DNA of 35,187 bases, taken from positions 1 through 35,187 of the forward strand of contig JAQUAU010000002.1 of assembly GCA_028687085.1 (NCBI GenBank). The letters are read 5' to 3'. The DNA is from Minisyncoccota bacterium (GTDB lineage Bacteria > Patescibacteriota > Minisyncoccia > Phycocordibacterales > Phycocordibacteraceae). Each line of letters begins with the position of its first letter. Positions within the stretch are counted from its first letter, which is position 1. Of the stretch, positions 22,421 through 31,429 are shown in pieces. A program made the position numbers and the translations under genes. Under the pieces are notes generated by a model, which was given only the letters and a program-made list of their open reading frames with translations, did no database searches and was not told where the DNA came from.

Positions 22421-25253
22421 CTCTCGAATCCTCTCGGGACAGGTCGCGAACGAGATTGAAGCGTGTTGTGCCGGTCGAGAGCACCGCTGAGTATGTTCCC
22501 TCTGCATCAACTTTCGCATGCGCTGCATCGTGCGGAGAGAATCCCTCGGTCTTACGCGCCTCAGCGATAGCGCGCGCCATCTCTCGTTCGTCGCCCTCAC
22601 GGATGAGTTCCGGCGTAAGCATCGTATCAAGCTCGACCGTCGCGTGGCCGGTCGAGACATGCTTCACGTTCACTTCATCAGCGAGAATCTGTAGAAGCTC
22701 TTTTGAGAGCGCGTCAGGTATCGAGAGTTTCGCGAGCGGCTGACGCACCTTGATCCCCGCCTTCTGGCGCAGCTGAAGTGCATCAGAGGCGAGCGCGCGC
22801 ACCCGCGCTATTTCATCGATGAGCGCCATATCTCCATTGCCAGAGAGCAATTTCTGTACATGTGCGAAGAGCTTTGTTGACTTGCTCTTCAAGACCTTCG
22901 CGGAACGGGGCCAGTCGCAGAGATGCACGCTCTCTGGGTCGCCTCCGCCTCGTACACCTCGGAAGACCTCTTCGGCGATAAAAGGCACTGCCGGCGCAAT
23001 GACGATAGAGAGTGTGCGGAGTACGTACCGCAACGTCGCGAGAGCATCTCTCTTGTCAGCGCTCTCTTCTTTAAAACGGTCACGGGAGCGACGAACATAC
23101 CAGGTCGAGAGATCATCGATGAAGGGAGCAAGCGGCCGCATCGCCCGATCGAGCTCATATCGCTCGTATCCCTCACTCGTCTCTTGCAGGAGCTCTTTCA
23201 GGCGCGCAAGAATCCATCGATCGAGTACCTGAGAGCTCGTATCCGCACAGTCCGTTCCATCGGCATAGAGTTTATAAAAAGCGAGCACATTGCCGAGGCG
23301 TCCAATGTTCTTCTTTGCAACCTCGTCAACGCCCGCTTCAGAAAACGCGAGATTCTCGGCTTGCATGACCGGCGACGAGAGCAAGTAGAGGCGGAGCGCA
23401 TCGGCACCGTATTTCTCGACAATCTCCATCGGATCAGGATAATTCTGAAGTCGCTTCGACATCTTCTTGCCGTCTTCAGCCAAGACGATGCCGTTTACGA
23501 TAACGTTTTGAAATGCGTTCTTTTTGAAAAGCGCGCCGCCGAGCACATGCAGATAATAGAACCAGGCGCGCGTCTGGTCGAGACCTTCTGCGATGAACTG
23601 CGCAGGAAATGCTGCATCAAATTCTTTTTTGTGCTCAAAGGGATAGTGCTCTTGCCCATACGGCATCGAGCCGGAATCGAACCACGTATCGAGCACGTCG
23701 GGAATACGGTGCATCTCGCCGCCGCAGGAACAGGGCACAGTAATCTCATCCACAATATGCTTATGTAGGTCATCTACCTTCTTCCCGCTCGCCTTTTCGA
23801 GTTCTGCCACAGAACCAAAGACACGCTGCTTCTTGCAGGTTTCGCAAACCCAGAGCGGGATGACGCTCGCCCAGAAACGCTGGCGAGAGATCGACCAATC
23901 GCGCGCACCCAGGAGCCACTTGCCCCAGCGACCCTCTTTGATATGCGCGGGCGCCCAGCTGATGCTCTTTGCATTTTTCAGCAGATTTCCTTTCAGCTTC
24001 GTGACGGACACAAACCATGAAGAGGTCGCATAGTTGAGGAGCGGCGAATCGCAACGCCAGCAGTGCGGATATGAGTGCGTGATGTTTTCTTTTGAAAAAA
24101 GAGTCCCGTGTTCCTGGAGATATTTCAATACGGCGATATCGGTACCGAGCCGCACCGAATCGTCGTCAGAGCGCGGCTTCACTTCCATCCCCGCAAAATC
24201 GGTCACCTCGCTCTTCATCGTGCCGTCCATGTGCACGTGCTCTATGAACGGCAAATGCACTTTCTTCGAGAGCTCCCAATCATCGGCGCCAAAGGCCGGT
24301 GCCTCATGTGCGATGCCGGTGCCCGTGTCGGTCGTGACGAAGTCGGCCGCATATACCTTCCACCCGTTCTCGCGGTTCTTCAAGCTTTTGTCGTTTACGT
24401 AGTAGTCAAACGGCGGTTCGTATTCGAGACCGACGAGGTCACTGCCGCGGAATTTCCCCTGTTCGTTTTTCTGAATGACGTTCTCCCCGTGTATTTCTTC
24501 GACGCCATACATAATGTCCTTGCCAACCGCGAGCGCAACGTTGCCGGGAAGCGTCCATGGCGTCGTCGTCCACGCGAGCATAGAGACCTCGCCCTTCAAT
24601 CCGATTTTTTCAGGATGTTTCAATTTAAACTTCACTGTCACCGCGATATCTTTCACATCCTTATAGCCCTCGGCGACTTCTGCTTGCGAGAGCGTCGTCT
24701 CGCAGCGCGGGCAGATATGCATCGCGCGATAATCCTCATAGACAAGCCCCTTGTCGTAGATTGTCTTAAAGACCCACCACACGCTCTCCATGAAGGGCCT
24801 ATCCATCGTGACGTAGGCATGCTCCATGTCCGCCCAGCGGCCAATCCTTGGGATGAACGTCTTCCAATAATCGACGTAGGTCAGCACCTGCTCGCGACAG
24901 CGCTCATTGAACTTGGCGACGCCGTACTCCTTGATGTCTTTCTTGTGCTTGAAGCCCAGCTCTTTCTCGACGATATTCTCGATCGGCAGGCCGTGACAGT
25001 CCCAGCCCCACTTGCGCGGCACATGATATCCCTGCATCGTGAAGTAGCGTGGAATAGCATCCTTGATGATGCTCGCGACGATGTGGCCGTAATGCGGTGT
25101 GCCGGTCGCAAAGGGCGGCCCGTCATAGAAGACATACTCGCCCTTGGGCGACTTCTTGGCGAGCGACTTCTCAAATATCTTCTCTTGCGTCCAGAACGCG
25201 AGCGTCGCTTCTTCGCGCTTCGCCACCTCACTCTTCTCGGGCATATCGGCCAT
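22410..25253 (-). CDS. ileS: isoleucyl-tRNA synthetase
   Basis: PFATGTPHYGHIV is the HIGH motif and KMSKRLQNYPDP is the KMSKS motif. 947 aa. Confidence 0.97.
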   Translation of the reverse strand: MADMPEKSEVAKREEATLAFWTQEKIFEKSLAKKSPKGEYVFYDGPPFATGTPHYGHIVASIIKDAIPRYFTMQGYHVPRKWGWDCHGLPIENIVEKELGFKHKKDIKEYGVAKFNERCREQVLTYVDYWKTFIPRIGRWADMEHAYVTMDRPFMESVWWVFKTIYDKGLVYEDYRAMHICPRCETTLSQAEVAEGYKDVKDIAVTVKFKLKHPEKIGLKGEVSMLAWTTTPWTLPGNVALAVGKDIMYGVEEIHGENVIQKNEQGKFRGSDLVGLEYEPPFDYYVNDKSLKNRENGWKVYAADFVTTDTGTGIAHEAPAFGADDWELSKKVHLPFIEHVHMDGTMKSEVTDFAGMEVKPRSDDDSVRLGTDIAVLKYLQEHGTLFSKENITHSYPHCWRCDSPLLNYATSSWFVSVTKLKGNLLKNAKSISWAPAHIKEGRWGKWLLGARDWSISRQRFWASVIPLWVCETCKKQRVFGSVAELEKASGKKVDDLHKHIVDEITVPCSCGGEMHRIPDVLDTWFDSGSMPYGQEHYPFEHKKEFDAAFPAQFIAEGLDQTRAWFYYLHVLGGALFKKNAFQNVIVNGIVLAEDGKKMSKRLQNYPDPMEIVEKYGADALRLYLLSSPVMQAENLAFSEAGVDEVAKKNIGRLGNVLAFYKLYADGTDCADTSSQVLDRWILARLKELLQETSEGYERYELDRAMRPLAPFIDDLSTWYVRRSRDRFKEESADKRDALATLRYVLRTLSIVIAPAVPFIAEEVFRGVRGGGDPESVHLCDWPRSAKVLKSKSTKLFAHVQKLLSGNGDMALIDEIARVRALASDALQLRQKAGIKVRQPLAKLSIPDALSKELLQILADEVNVKHVSTGHATVELDTMLTPELIREGDEREMARAIAEARKTEGFSPHDAAHAKVDAEGTYSAVLSTGTTRFNLVRDLSREDSRDAA

Positions 25254-25271
25254 ATCCGCCTATCGTAACGT

Positions 25272-25595
25272 TTAGAAGCCAAAAATGGAAACGGCCGCAG
25301 AATAATCTGCGGCCGATCGAGGTGTGCGCTCGGCGCACTGATTTTTTCTAGTTAAACCTGGCGTGTACGTCCTTGGGTTCTTGGTGAGCACCCAGTTGGC
25401 AAATGCGACTACCGGTGGCGGAGGGTCAGCCTGTTCTTCTTCGAAACCCTTCGCCGCTTCTGTCGCATCAAAGCCGTTTATGCCCGTGAAGGTCTTCGCG
25501 TGAGCAAAAAACTTCTTCGCAGTCCATTTCATCTGCGCTATCGCATCCGCAACGGCATCTTTTTCGTTGTAGCAATTTCCTTTCCTGTGGGCCAT
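25272..25595 (-). CDS. small hypothetical protein (uncertain)
   Basis: ATG at 25595 with AAAGGAGG 6 nt upstream. The reading frame runs through two GC hairpins before its TAA stop. No family was recognised. Confidence 0.45.
   Translation of the reverse strand: MAHRKGNCYNEKDAVADAIAQMKWTAKKFFAHAKTFTGINGFDATEAAKGFEEEQADPPPPVVAFANWVLTKNPRTYTPGLTRKNQCAERTPRSAADYSAAVSIFGF
25281..25315 (-). terminator. intrinsic terminator 40 nt upstream of ileS
   Basis: 9-bp stem CGGCCGCAG / CTGCGGCCG with a 6-nt loop. On the minus strand it is followed by GTTTCCATTTTTGG. Confidence 0.65.
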
Positions 25596-25671
25596 CAGAA
25601 GCCTCCTTTTGTTATCGACGCACGACGTGCATCTGCGATTGAATCTAGCGCGCAGAACAGCCGTATGCAAC

Positions 25672-27360
25672 TCACATCCGCTCCGGTGTGGGGATACCGA
25701 GGAGCGTGAGGCCGTTTATCATCGTGTCCGCAAAAGCGCGCGCGACGCGCTGTTTATAGGCCTCCTCAGGCGAGCCGAGCACCTGCTCTTTTGCATAAAA
25801 AGAATTCCACTCCCCCGCGAGCTCGGTGAGATAATTGACCAAGAGATTCGGTGCGAGTTCGCGCGCGGCACGCGCGACTACCTCAGGATAATGCAGGATG
25901 AGCCGTTCGATAGGATACGCCTCGGCAGGCTCTTCTGAACCCCCCTCCCCATTTGCGCCATACGCGAGGATCTTCTTCGCGCGCACGAGCGCATATTGCA
26001 GATAGGGCCCTGAGTCGCCTTCAAGCGAAAGCGATTTCTCTTCGTCGAACATAATATCGGAGCCCGGCGCTTGGCGCAGGATCATAAACTTAATCGCACC
26101 GATTGCGACTTGCTCGGCGATAAGCGCATCGGCATTCTTCTCGCTCGCTCGCTCGATGACACTGGTAATAAAATCTGCAGTCGTGATGACATTCCCTTCG
26201 CGCGACGACATCTTCCCTGACGAGAGCTTCAAGAAGCCGGTCGCGAGATGCACGGTTTTCTTGGAGAGAAGCGGCGCGACGTCGGCGAGCGCCGCGAGCA
26301 CGGTCTTGAAGCGACCTGTCTGTTCATTGCCGGTGATGACGATGCTCCTATCCGACGGCCATCGTTCCTCCTTGAGAAAGGCGAGACCGATATCCTTTGC
26401 CTCATAGGTAGGCGTGTCATGCGAGGTGATAAAGACCATCGTATGCACACCCTTCGCTTCGCCATTATAGATAACTGCGCCATCGCTCATCTCGAAGACT
26501 CCCTTCTTGAGTCCGTCGCGCACAATACGCAGTCCTGCCTCGGTCGTGTCGCTGTCGAAGAATTCAAAATCGAAATGCGTGCCGAGCAATCCCCAGATGC
26601 GGCGGAATTCTTCGACCGAGACGTCGCGCCCCTTACGCCAAAGCCCCATCAGCTCGGCATCGGTGCCGGCGTATATCGCCTGATTCAGCGCGTCTATCTC
26701 TGCTTTTGCGCTCGGATCGCTCTCGTAGGCATTCGACCCTTCAGTGTAGGCGGCGCCGATCTCGCCCGCAGTCGTCGGCTCACTGATGCCCTTCTTCTGC
26801 AGACCCCAGAGCGCCTTGGCGACATTCGGACCGATATCACCGCCGAAGGTATCGCGCTTCACTACCGCCCCGGCATTCTCGATGAGGCGCGACACCGCCT
26901 CGCCGACCACGGTGCCGACCAAGTGGCCAATATGCATCTCCTTAAACGCGTTCGGATTCGAGTATTCGATGATGATGCGTTTCCCCCTAAACGCTTCGCT
27001 TTGCGAAGCGTCGGGCGAACCGCCTTCGGCGGTTTTAGCCTTCCCCCACTCCGACCCTTGCGCATCTGCCTCGGCGACCGCAAGCGCGACCGCCTCGCGC
27101 GCAAGCGTAATGTTCACGAAACCAGGACCCGCCACCGCGACATGACTCACGACTGCACCGAGCGTTTCGGTAAGGTGCTCAGCGAGCGAGTCCGCGAGCT
27201 CGCGCGGATTCCTGCCGAGCATCTTCGCGGCCGCCATCGCGGCATTCGTCGCATAATCACCGTGCGCAACCTCTCCGGGCCGCTCGACAGTGAACGCAAC
27301 ACCCGACGCTCCCGCTTTCGTGAGCGCCTCCTCAACCGCCTTCCGTATTCGCTCTTCCAT
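25672..27360 (-). CDS. argS: arginyl-tRNA synthetase
   Basis: The true start is the ATG at 27360 (MEERIRKAVEEAL). It has a HIGH motif (EMHIGHLVG) and a terminal ...PERM. The 106-aa extension in the ORF track is spurious. Confidence 0.95.
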   Translation of the reverse strand: MEERIRKAVEEALTKAGASGVAFTVERPGEVAHGDYATNAAMAAAKMLGRNPRELADSLAEHLTETLGAVVSHVAVAGPGFVNITLAREAVALAVAEADAQGSEWGKAKTAEGGSPDASQSEAFRGKRIIIEYSNPNAFKEMHIGHLVGTVVGEAVSRLIENAGAVVKRDTFGGDIGPNVAKALWGLQKKGISEPTTAGEIGAAYTEGSNAYESDPSAKAEIDALNQAIYAGTDAELMGLWRKGRDVSVEEFRRIWGLLGTHFDFEFFDSDTTEAGLRIVRDGLKKGVFEMSDGAVIYNGEAKGVHTMVFITSHDTPTYEAKDIGLAFLKEERWPSDRSIVITGNEQTGRFKTVLAALADVAPLLSKKTVHLATGFLKLSSGKMSSREGNVITTADFITSVIERASEKNADALIAEQVAIGAIKFMILRQAPGSDIMFDEEKSLSLEGDSGPYLQYALVRAKKILAYGANGEGGSEEPAEAYPIERLILHYPEVVARAARELAPNLLVNYLTELAGEWNSFYAKEQVLGSPEEAYKQRVARAFADTMINGLTLLGIPTPERM

Positions 27361-27383
27361 TACAAACGAGTGTACCAGATTAT

Positions 27384-28643
27384 TTATTTGAATGATTCGG
27401 GAATGGGATGCGAGAGTGCAAGCTTCTTGATCTCCTTTTTTGCCTTTGCAACGGCCGCATCGGTGCGCGCAGTGAGCACCTCGATCATGATCTCGGCAAC
27501 GCGCGCAACCTCCTTCTCTTTGAATCCGCGCGTGGTCATCGCCGGCGTGCCGAAGCGGATGCCGGAAGGATCCATCGGCTTGCGCGTATCGTCGGCAATC
27601 GCATTTTTGTTCAGGGTGATGCCCGCGCGATCGAGAAGCTTCTCTGCCTCGCCGCCTGAGACACCGAACGACTTCCACCCATCGAGCAGGATGAGATGGT
27701 TGTCAGAGCCGCCCGTGAGCATGCGCGCCTTGTGACCCTTGAAGACTTTCTCCATCGCATGCGTATTCTTGATGATTTGCTTCGCGTACTTCTTAAAGGA
27801 TGGGCGAAGCGCCTCGCCAAAGGCCACCGCCTTGGCCGCGATCTGGTGCATGTGCGGGCCGCCCTGGAACCCAGGAAATACGGCCTTATTTATCTTCTTT
27901 GCGAGCTCCTCATCCTTACGAATAAGGATCAACCCGCCACGAGGACCCCGGAGCGTCTTGTGCGTCGTGGTGGTGATGATGTCGAAGCCGTAGTCGAAAG
28001 GGTTCTTCGCCGCCTTGCCGGCGATGAGCCCGGCGATATGCGCCGCGTCCATGACCGCCAATGCACCGACCTCGCGCGCGATAGAGACGAACTTTTTGTA
28101 GTTGAGCTCGCGCGGATACGCCGAGAAGCCGGCGAGAATGATTTTCGGCTTTATCTTCTTCGCGACCTTGCGCATCTCCGCATAGTCGATTTCGCCCGTC
28201 TCCACATCTTTCATCTTGTACCGGATGAAATTGAAGATCTTAGTGATATAGGTAACCGGATGGCCGTGCGTGAGGTGCCCGCCGTGCGAGAGGTCCATAC
28301 CGAGCACGGTGTCGCCAGGCTCGAGCAAGGCGAAGTACATCGCGATATTCGCATTCGCGCCACCAAGCGGCTGGACATTCGCATACTTCGCTCCAAACAG
28401 CTTCTTCGCGCGCTCGATAGCGAGCGTCTCGACTTGGTCGGTGAATTCTTGGCCGCCGTAGTAACGTCGGCCCGGGTACCCTTCTGAATACTTGTTGGTC
28501 AAGGACGAGGCCATTGCCTCCTTCACCGCGCGCGAGACGTAGTTCTCGCTCGGGATGAGCTCGAGCCCCTCCCTCTGCCGCTTCTCTTCTCCGCGCAATA
28601 TTTCTTCGATCTTCGGATCCTGTTTTTTGATGAATGTATACAT
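27384..28643 (-). CDS. glyA: serine hydroxymethyltransferase
   Basis: Full-length SHMT. The TTTHKTLRGPRGG segment contains the PLP lysine. Confidence 0.97.
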   Translation of the reverse strand: MYTFIKKQDPKIEEILRGEEKRQREGLELIPSENYVSRAVKEAMASSLTNKYSEGYPGRRYYGGQEFTDQVETLAIERAKKLFGAKYANVQPLGGANANIAMYFALLEPGDTVLGMDLSHGGHLTHGHPVTYITKIFNFIRYKMKDVETGEIDYAEMRKVAKKIKPKIILAGFSAYPRELNYKKFVSIAREVGALAVMDAAHIAGLIAGKAAKNPFDYGFDIITTTTHKTLRGPRGGLILIRKDEELAKKINKAVFPGFQGGPHMHQIAAKAVAFGEALRPSFKKYAKQIIKNTHAMEKVFKGHKARMLTGGSDNHLILLDGWKSFGVSGGEAEKLLDRAGITLNKNAIADDTRKPMDPSGIRFGTPAMTTRGFKEKEVARVAEIMIEVLTARTDAAVAKAKKEIKKLALSHPIPESFK

Positions 28644-28644
28644 G

Positions 28645-29625
28645 CTATTTTTTCTTTTTTATTGCCTTGCGATCTTTCTCGTTAAATCCTCCTACGACCG
28701 TGATATCGCCCTTGATAGGCGGGTGCGGATTATACTTTTCAAGCATAAAATCTTCATACACAAAACTATCTATCTCCTTTTTCTTCGGATTGATCTTCAT
28801 ACGCGGGAATGGTCGTGGCTTTCGCTTGATCTGTTCTTTCGCCTGCTTGTAATGATTGCCATACAGATGCGTATCACCGAGGAAATGTACGAACTCTCCC
28901 GGCTTATAACCCGTCACCTGCGCGAGAATCATCGTGAGGAGCGCATAGGACGCGATATTGAATGGTACGCCAAGGAATGTGTCGGCTGAACGTTGATACA
29001 GCGCAAGGGAGAGCTTTCCGTCGGAGACATTCAAATTGAACATCGTGTGGCACGGCGGTATCGCCATCGAAGTACCCGGCTTCGACATCTCATACACATA
29101 TTCGGGATTCCATGCTGAAACGACCACATGTTTCCGATCGGGATAGTTTTTCGTCTTCCATATCGCCCACGCAAGCTGATCTATCTCGCGCCCCTCAGCC
29201 GCAGGCCATTTACGCCACTGACGCCCATACACTGGTCCGAGCTCGCCCCATTCTTTTGCGAACTTTTTATTCGCAACAATCTTCGCGATGAATTCTTCTT
29301 GCGTCATCTTCGGCACTTTGCCCGCTTCCATCTTCTTCTTGTATTCTTTGTACGGCCAATCGTCCCAGATATGCACACCTTGTTGTACCAGCGAGCGGAT
29401 ATTCGTTTCTCCGCGCAAGAACCACAAGAGCTCGTGGATGATACCTTTTATGAACACTTTTTTGGTGGTGAGGAGCGGAAATCCTTTTGAAAGGTCGTAC
29501 CGCATCATCCGACCGAATACGCTCTTGATAGCAATACCCGTATTGAATTCTTTCTTTTCGACACCGTTCTTCAAGATATCCTGCAAAAGTTCAAGGTATT
29601 GGTATTCGGGGTGCCGCGTTTTCAT
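28645..29625 (-). CDS. thyA: thymidylate synthase (ThyA family) with a 16-aa Lys-rich C-terminal extension
   Basis: Motifs [31 protein letters not shown] and GPVYGRQWR are present. It has the long-insert form. Confidence 0.9.
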   Translation of the reverse strand: MKTRHPEYQYLELLQDILKNGVEKKEFNTGIAIKSVFGRMMRYDLSKGFPLLTTKKVFIKGIIHELLWFLRGETNIRSLVQQGVHIWDDWPYKEYKKKMEAGKVPKMTQEEFIAKIVANKKFAKEWGELGPVYGRQWRKWPAAEGREIDQLAWAIWKTKNYPDRKHVVVSAWNPEYVYEMSKPGTSMAIPPCHTMFNLNVSDGKLSLALYQRSADTFLGVPFNIASYALLTMILAQVTGYKPGEFVHFLGDTHLYGNHYKQAKEQIKRKPRPFPRMKINPKKKEIDSFVYEDFMLEKYNPHPPIKGDITVVGGFNEKDRKAIKKKK

Positions 29626-29635
29626 GGTGGTGAAG

Positions 29636-30220
29636 TTATTTTTTCTTTTTTACCACTCGTTTCTTCTTAGGGACGATCTTCCGTTCTTCGGTAAAGTGGT
29701 TTGAATTCTTTGCGCCATAACGCCCCGTCTCTTTGTAGGTACGCTCGACTGGACTCGAGAGCCGAGCGAAAAGGAGCTGTGCGATAGTCATGCCGGGCCG
29801 GAGGATAAGCGGAACATTACTCGTATTCACGAGTTCGAAGGTCGGATAGAAATAGTGACACGGATTGAAAAGCATCGCGGTGTTGTGCACGACGAGTCCA
29901 GCGCGAGCAAGCGACGACTTGCCGGAGAGCAGGATGAGATGTTGCTCATCGACACCGATAAATTCGCGTTGTTTCCCAAGAACGCTTTCGCCCGGATGTA
30001 GGACGAATTGTTCTCCATCTTTCACCTTTACCGTACGCGTATGTGGATAGATCTTGTTCGCGGGATCAACGAAGTTTGTCGAGTGTTGGTCGGTCACCTC
30101 AAATTCATTCCCGAGCGTGACGTCATAACTCACTGGCTGCAACTTCTTCGTGTCGAATGGACGAATAACGATGCTACCGTCCTTAATCCCCTTCTTGATA
30201 TCAACGTCGGAGAGAAACAT
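29636..30220 (-). CDS. dcd: dCTP deaminase family protein
   Basis: Contains [12 protein letters not shown]..., [20 protein letters not shown] and TFELVN (Glu retained). The canonical DPG reads NPC. The C-terminal tail is Lys-rich. Confidence 0.8.
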   Translation of the reverse strand: MFLSDVDIKKGIKDGSIVIRPFDTKKLQPVSYDVTLGNEFEVTDQHSTNFVDPANKIYPHTRTVKVKDGEQFVLHPGESVLGKQREFIGVDEQHLILLSGKSSLARAGLVVHNTAMLFNPCHYFYPTFELVNTSNVPLILRPGMTIAQLLFARLSSPVERTYKETGRYGAKNSNHFTEERKIVPKKKRVVKKKK

Positions 30221-30222
30221 AT

Positions 30223-30786
30223 CTAGACTTGGGTTTCTTCGCCGTGGCTGACGCGGCCGCCCTGATGCTGTCCGCGGTAGCCGACAACCTCGCCTTCAAT
30301 TTTATAAAACACGATGTTGCAGAAGCGCGCGCCGAGCTGGAGCTTCACCTCAAACGGACTCAGGTTCGTGAGACCGAAGGTGAGCGGACCGGTGTAGCCC
30401 GGATCGGTCTTCGTCGCGAGCAGGAGGAGCCCAGCGCGAAAGAGAGAGCTCCGAGGATAGACCATCGGCATAAGGTCGAGCGGCGCCGAGATCGTCTCGG
30501 CAGTTTGCACGAGATAGTACTCGCCGGGCCGTATGATGAGCTCGTCTTGCACATCGCCTTCTTTGAGAGCATAGAGTTCTTCGGTCTTCACGCCACGACG
30601 CTTGCCGAGACCAGCGGCACCATCGGCCTCAATGTATGCTCCGCCTTCAACAATCTTATGGACCGCACCAAGTCGCAGATCAATACCGGTCCCTTCAGGA
30701 TTAGAAAAGTCACGGCCCCCAAGTCCGGTGATGAGATTGTCTTCTTCGATCCTCCGGACCACTTCTTTGATGCCGATAACTGACAT
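30223..30786 (-). CDS. dCTP deaminase/dUTPase-superfamily paralog (possibly dUTPase-like)
   Basis: Contains PRSSLFRAGL and TDPGYTGPLTFGLTN. A Gly sits where Dcd has its catalytic Glu. Confidence 0.7.
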   Translation of the reverse strand: MSVIGIKEVVRRIEEDNLITGLGGRDFSNPEGTGIDLRLGAVHKIVEGGAYIEADGAAGLGKRRGVKTEELYALKEGDVQDELIIRPGEYYLVQTAETISAPLDLMPMVYPRSSLFRAGLLLLATKTDPGYTGPLTFGLTNLSPFEVKLQLGARFCNIVFYKIEGEVVGYRGQHQGGRVSHGEETQV

Positions 30787-30791
30787 CCTGC

Positions 30792-30801
30792 TAGTATACT
30801 A
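30792..30801. promoter_or_regulatory. 10-bp palindrome TAGTATACTA giving TATACT on both strands between divergent genes
   Basis: On the minus strand, TATACT (30798-30793) lies 6 nt before the ATG at 30786. On the plus strand, TATACT (30795-30800) lies 4 nt before the ATG at 30805. Confidence 0.5.
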
Positions 30802-30804
30802 CCC

Positions 30805-31338
30805 ATGACTGAAATGAAAGATATTGACACGCGCATGAAAACAAACCGTATTTCACTCATTGCCGCCATCGGGAAGAACCGGGGGCTCGGAAAGGGCGGG
30901 AAACTCCTCTTTTATCTGCCCGACGATCTCCAACATTTCAAGCGCATCACGCTTGGACATCCGGTCATTATGGGACAGCGTACGTGGGAATCGCTTCCCG
31001 AGAAATTTCGTCCGCTCCCCGGACGGACGAACATTGTGCTCTCGGATCGGTCGACCTTTACCGCGAGTGGCGCACTAATTGCTCATTCGCTTCAGGAAGG
31101 GTTCGCCGAGGCACGAAAAGCATCTGGCGGAGACGAAGTTTTCATTGTCGGAGGTGGCATGGTATATGCTGCCGCACTCCCCTTTGCGGACCGCCTCTAT
31201 CTCACGCTCGTCGATGCTGAAGCCGATGCTGACACCTTCTTCCCGCAATACGAAAAAGATTTTTCAGTAATTGAAAACGAAAATGGCGTGGGGTTGCCCC
31301 CACACCATTTCCTCATACTCGAAAGAAAAACTATTTGA
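30805..31338 (+). CDS. folA: dihydrofolate reductase
   Basis: Contains ISLIAAIGKNRGLGKGGKLLFYLPDDLQHFKRITLGHPVIMGQRTWESLP. The start could be 30805, 30814 or 30835. Confidence 0.9.
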   Translation: MTEMKDIDTRMKTNRISLIAAIGKNRGLGKGGKLLFYLPDDLQHFKRITLGHPVIMGQRTWESLPEKFRPLPGRTNIVLSDRSTFTASGALIAHSLQEGFAEARKASGGDEVFIVGGGMVYAAALPFADRLYLTLVDAEADADTFFPQYEKDFSVIENENGVGLPPHHFLILERKTI

Positions 31339-31353
31339 CGTCTATTTCACGTC

Positions 31354-31392
31354 GGCCCACGCATAATTTTCTGCTGAAAATTTGCGCGGGCC
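31354..31392. terminator. long imperfect hairpin between convergent folA and rplK (terminator-like, no clear U tract)
   Basis: GGCCCACGCATAATTTTC-TGCT-GAAAATTTGCGCGGGCC pairs over about 16 bp, with one bulge and one mismatch. Confidence 0.45.
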
Positions 31393-31429
31393 CACCTCGG
31401 CCCGTCGGCCTCCGGCTCATCGACGTTTC

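Noticed and set aside
22923-25268. Plus-strand ORFs of 281 and 386 aa (22923..23768 and 24108..25268)
   Set aside because: Both are antisense shadows of ileS.
25254-25671. T-box riboswitch upstream of ileS
   Set aside because: I found no T-box consensus (AGGGUGGNACCGCG) and no specifier-loop arrangement on the minus strand. Only a plain terminator hairpin is present.
26248-28487. Plus-strand ORFs of 495 and 263 aa (26248..27735 and 27696..28487)
   Set aside because: They are antisense shadows of argS and glyA.
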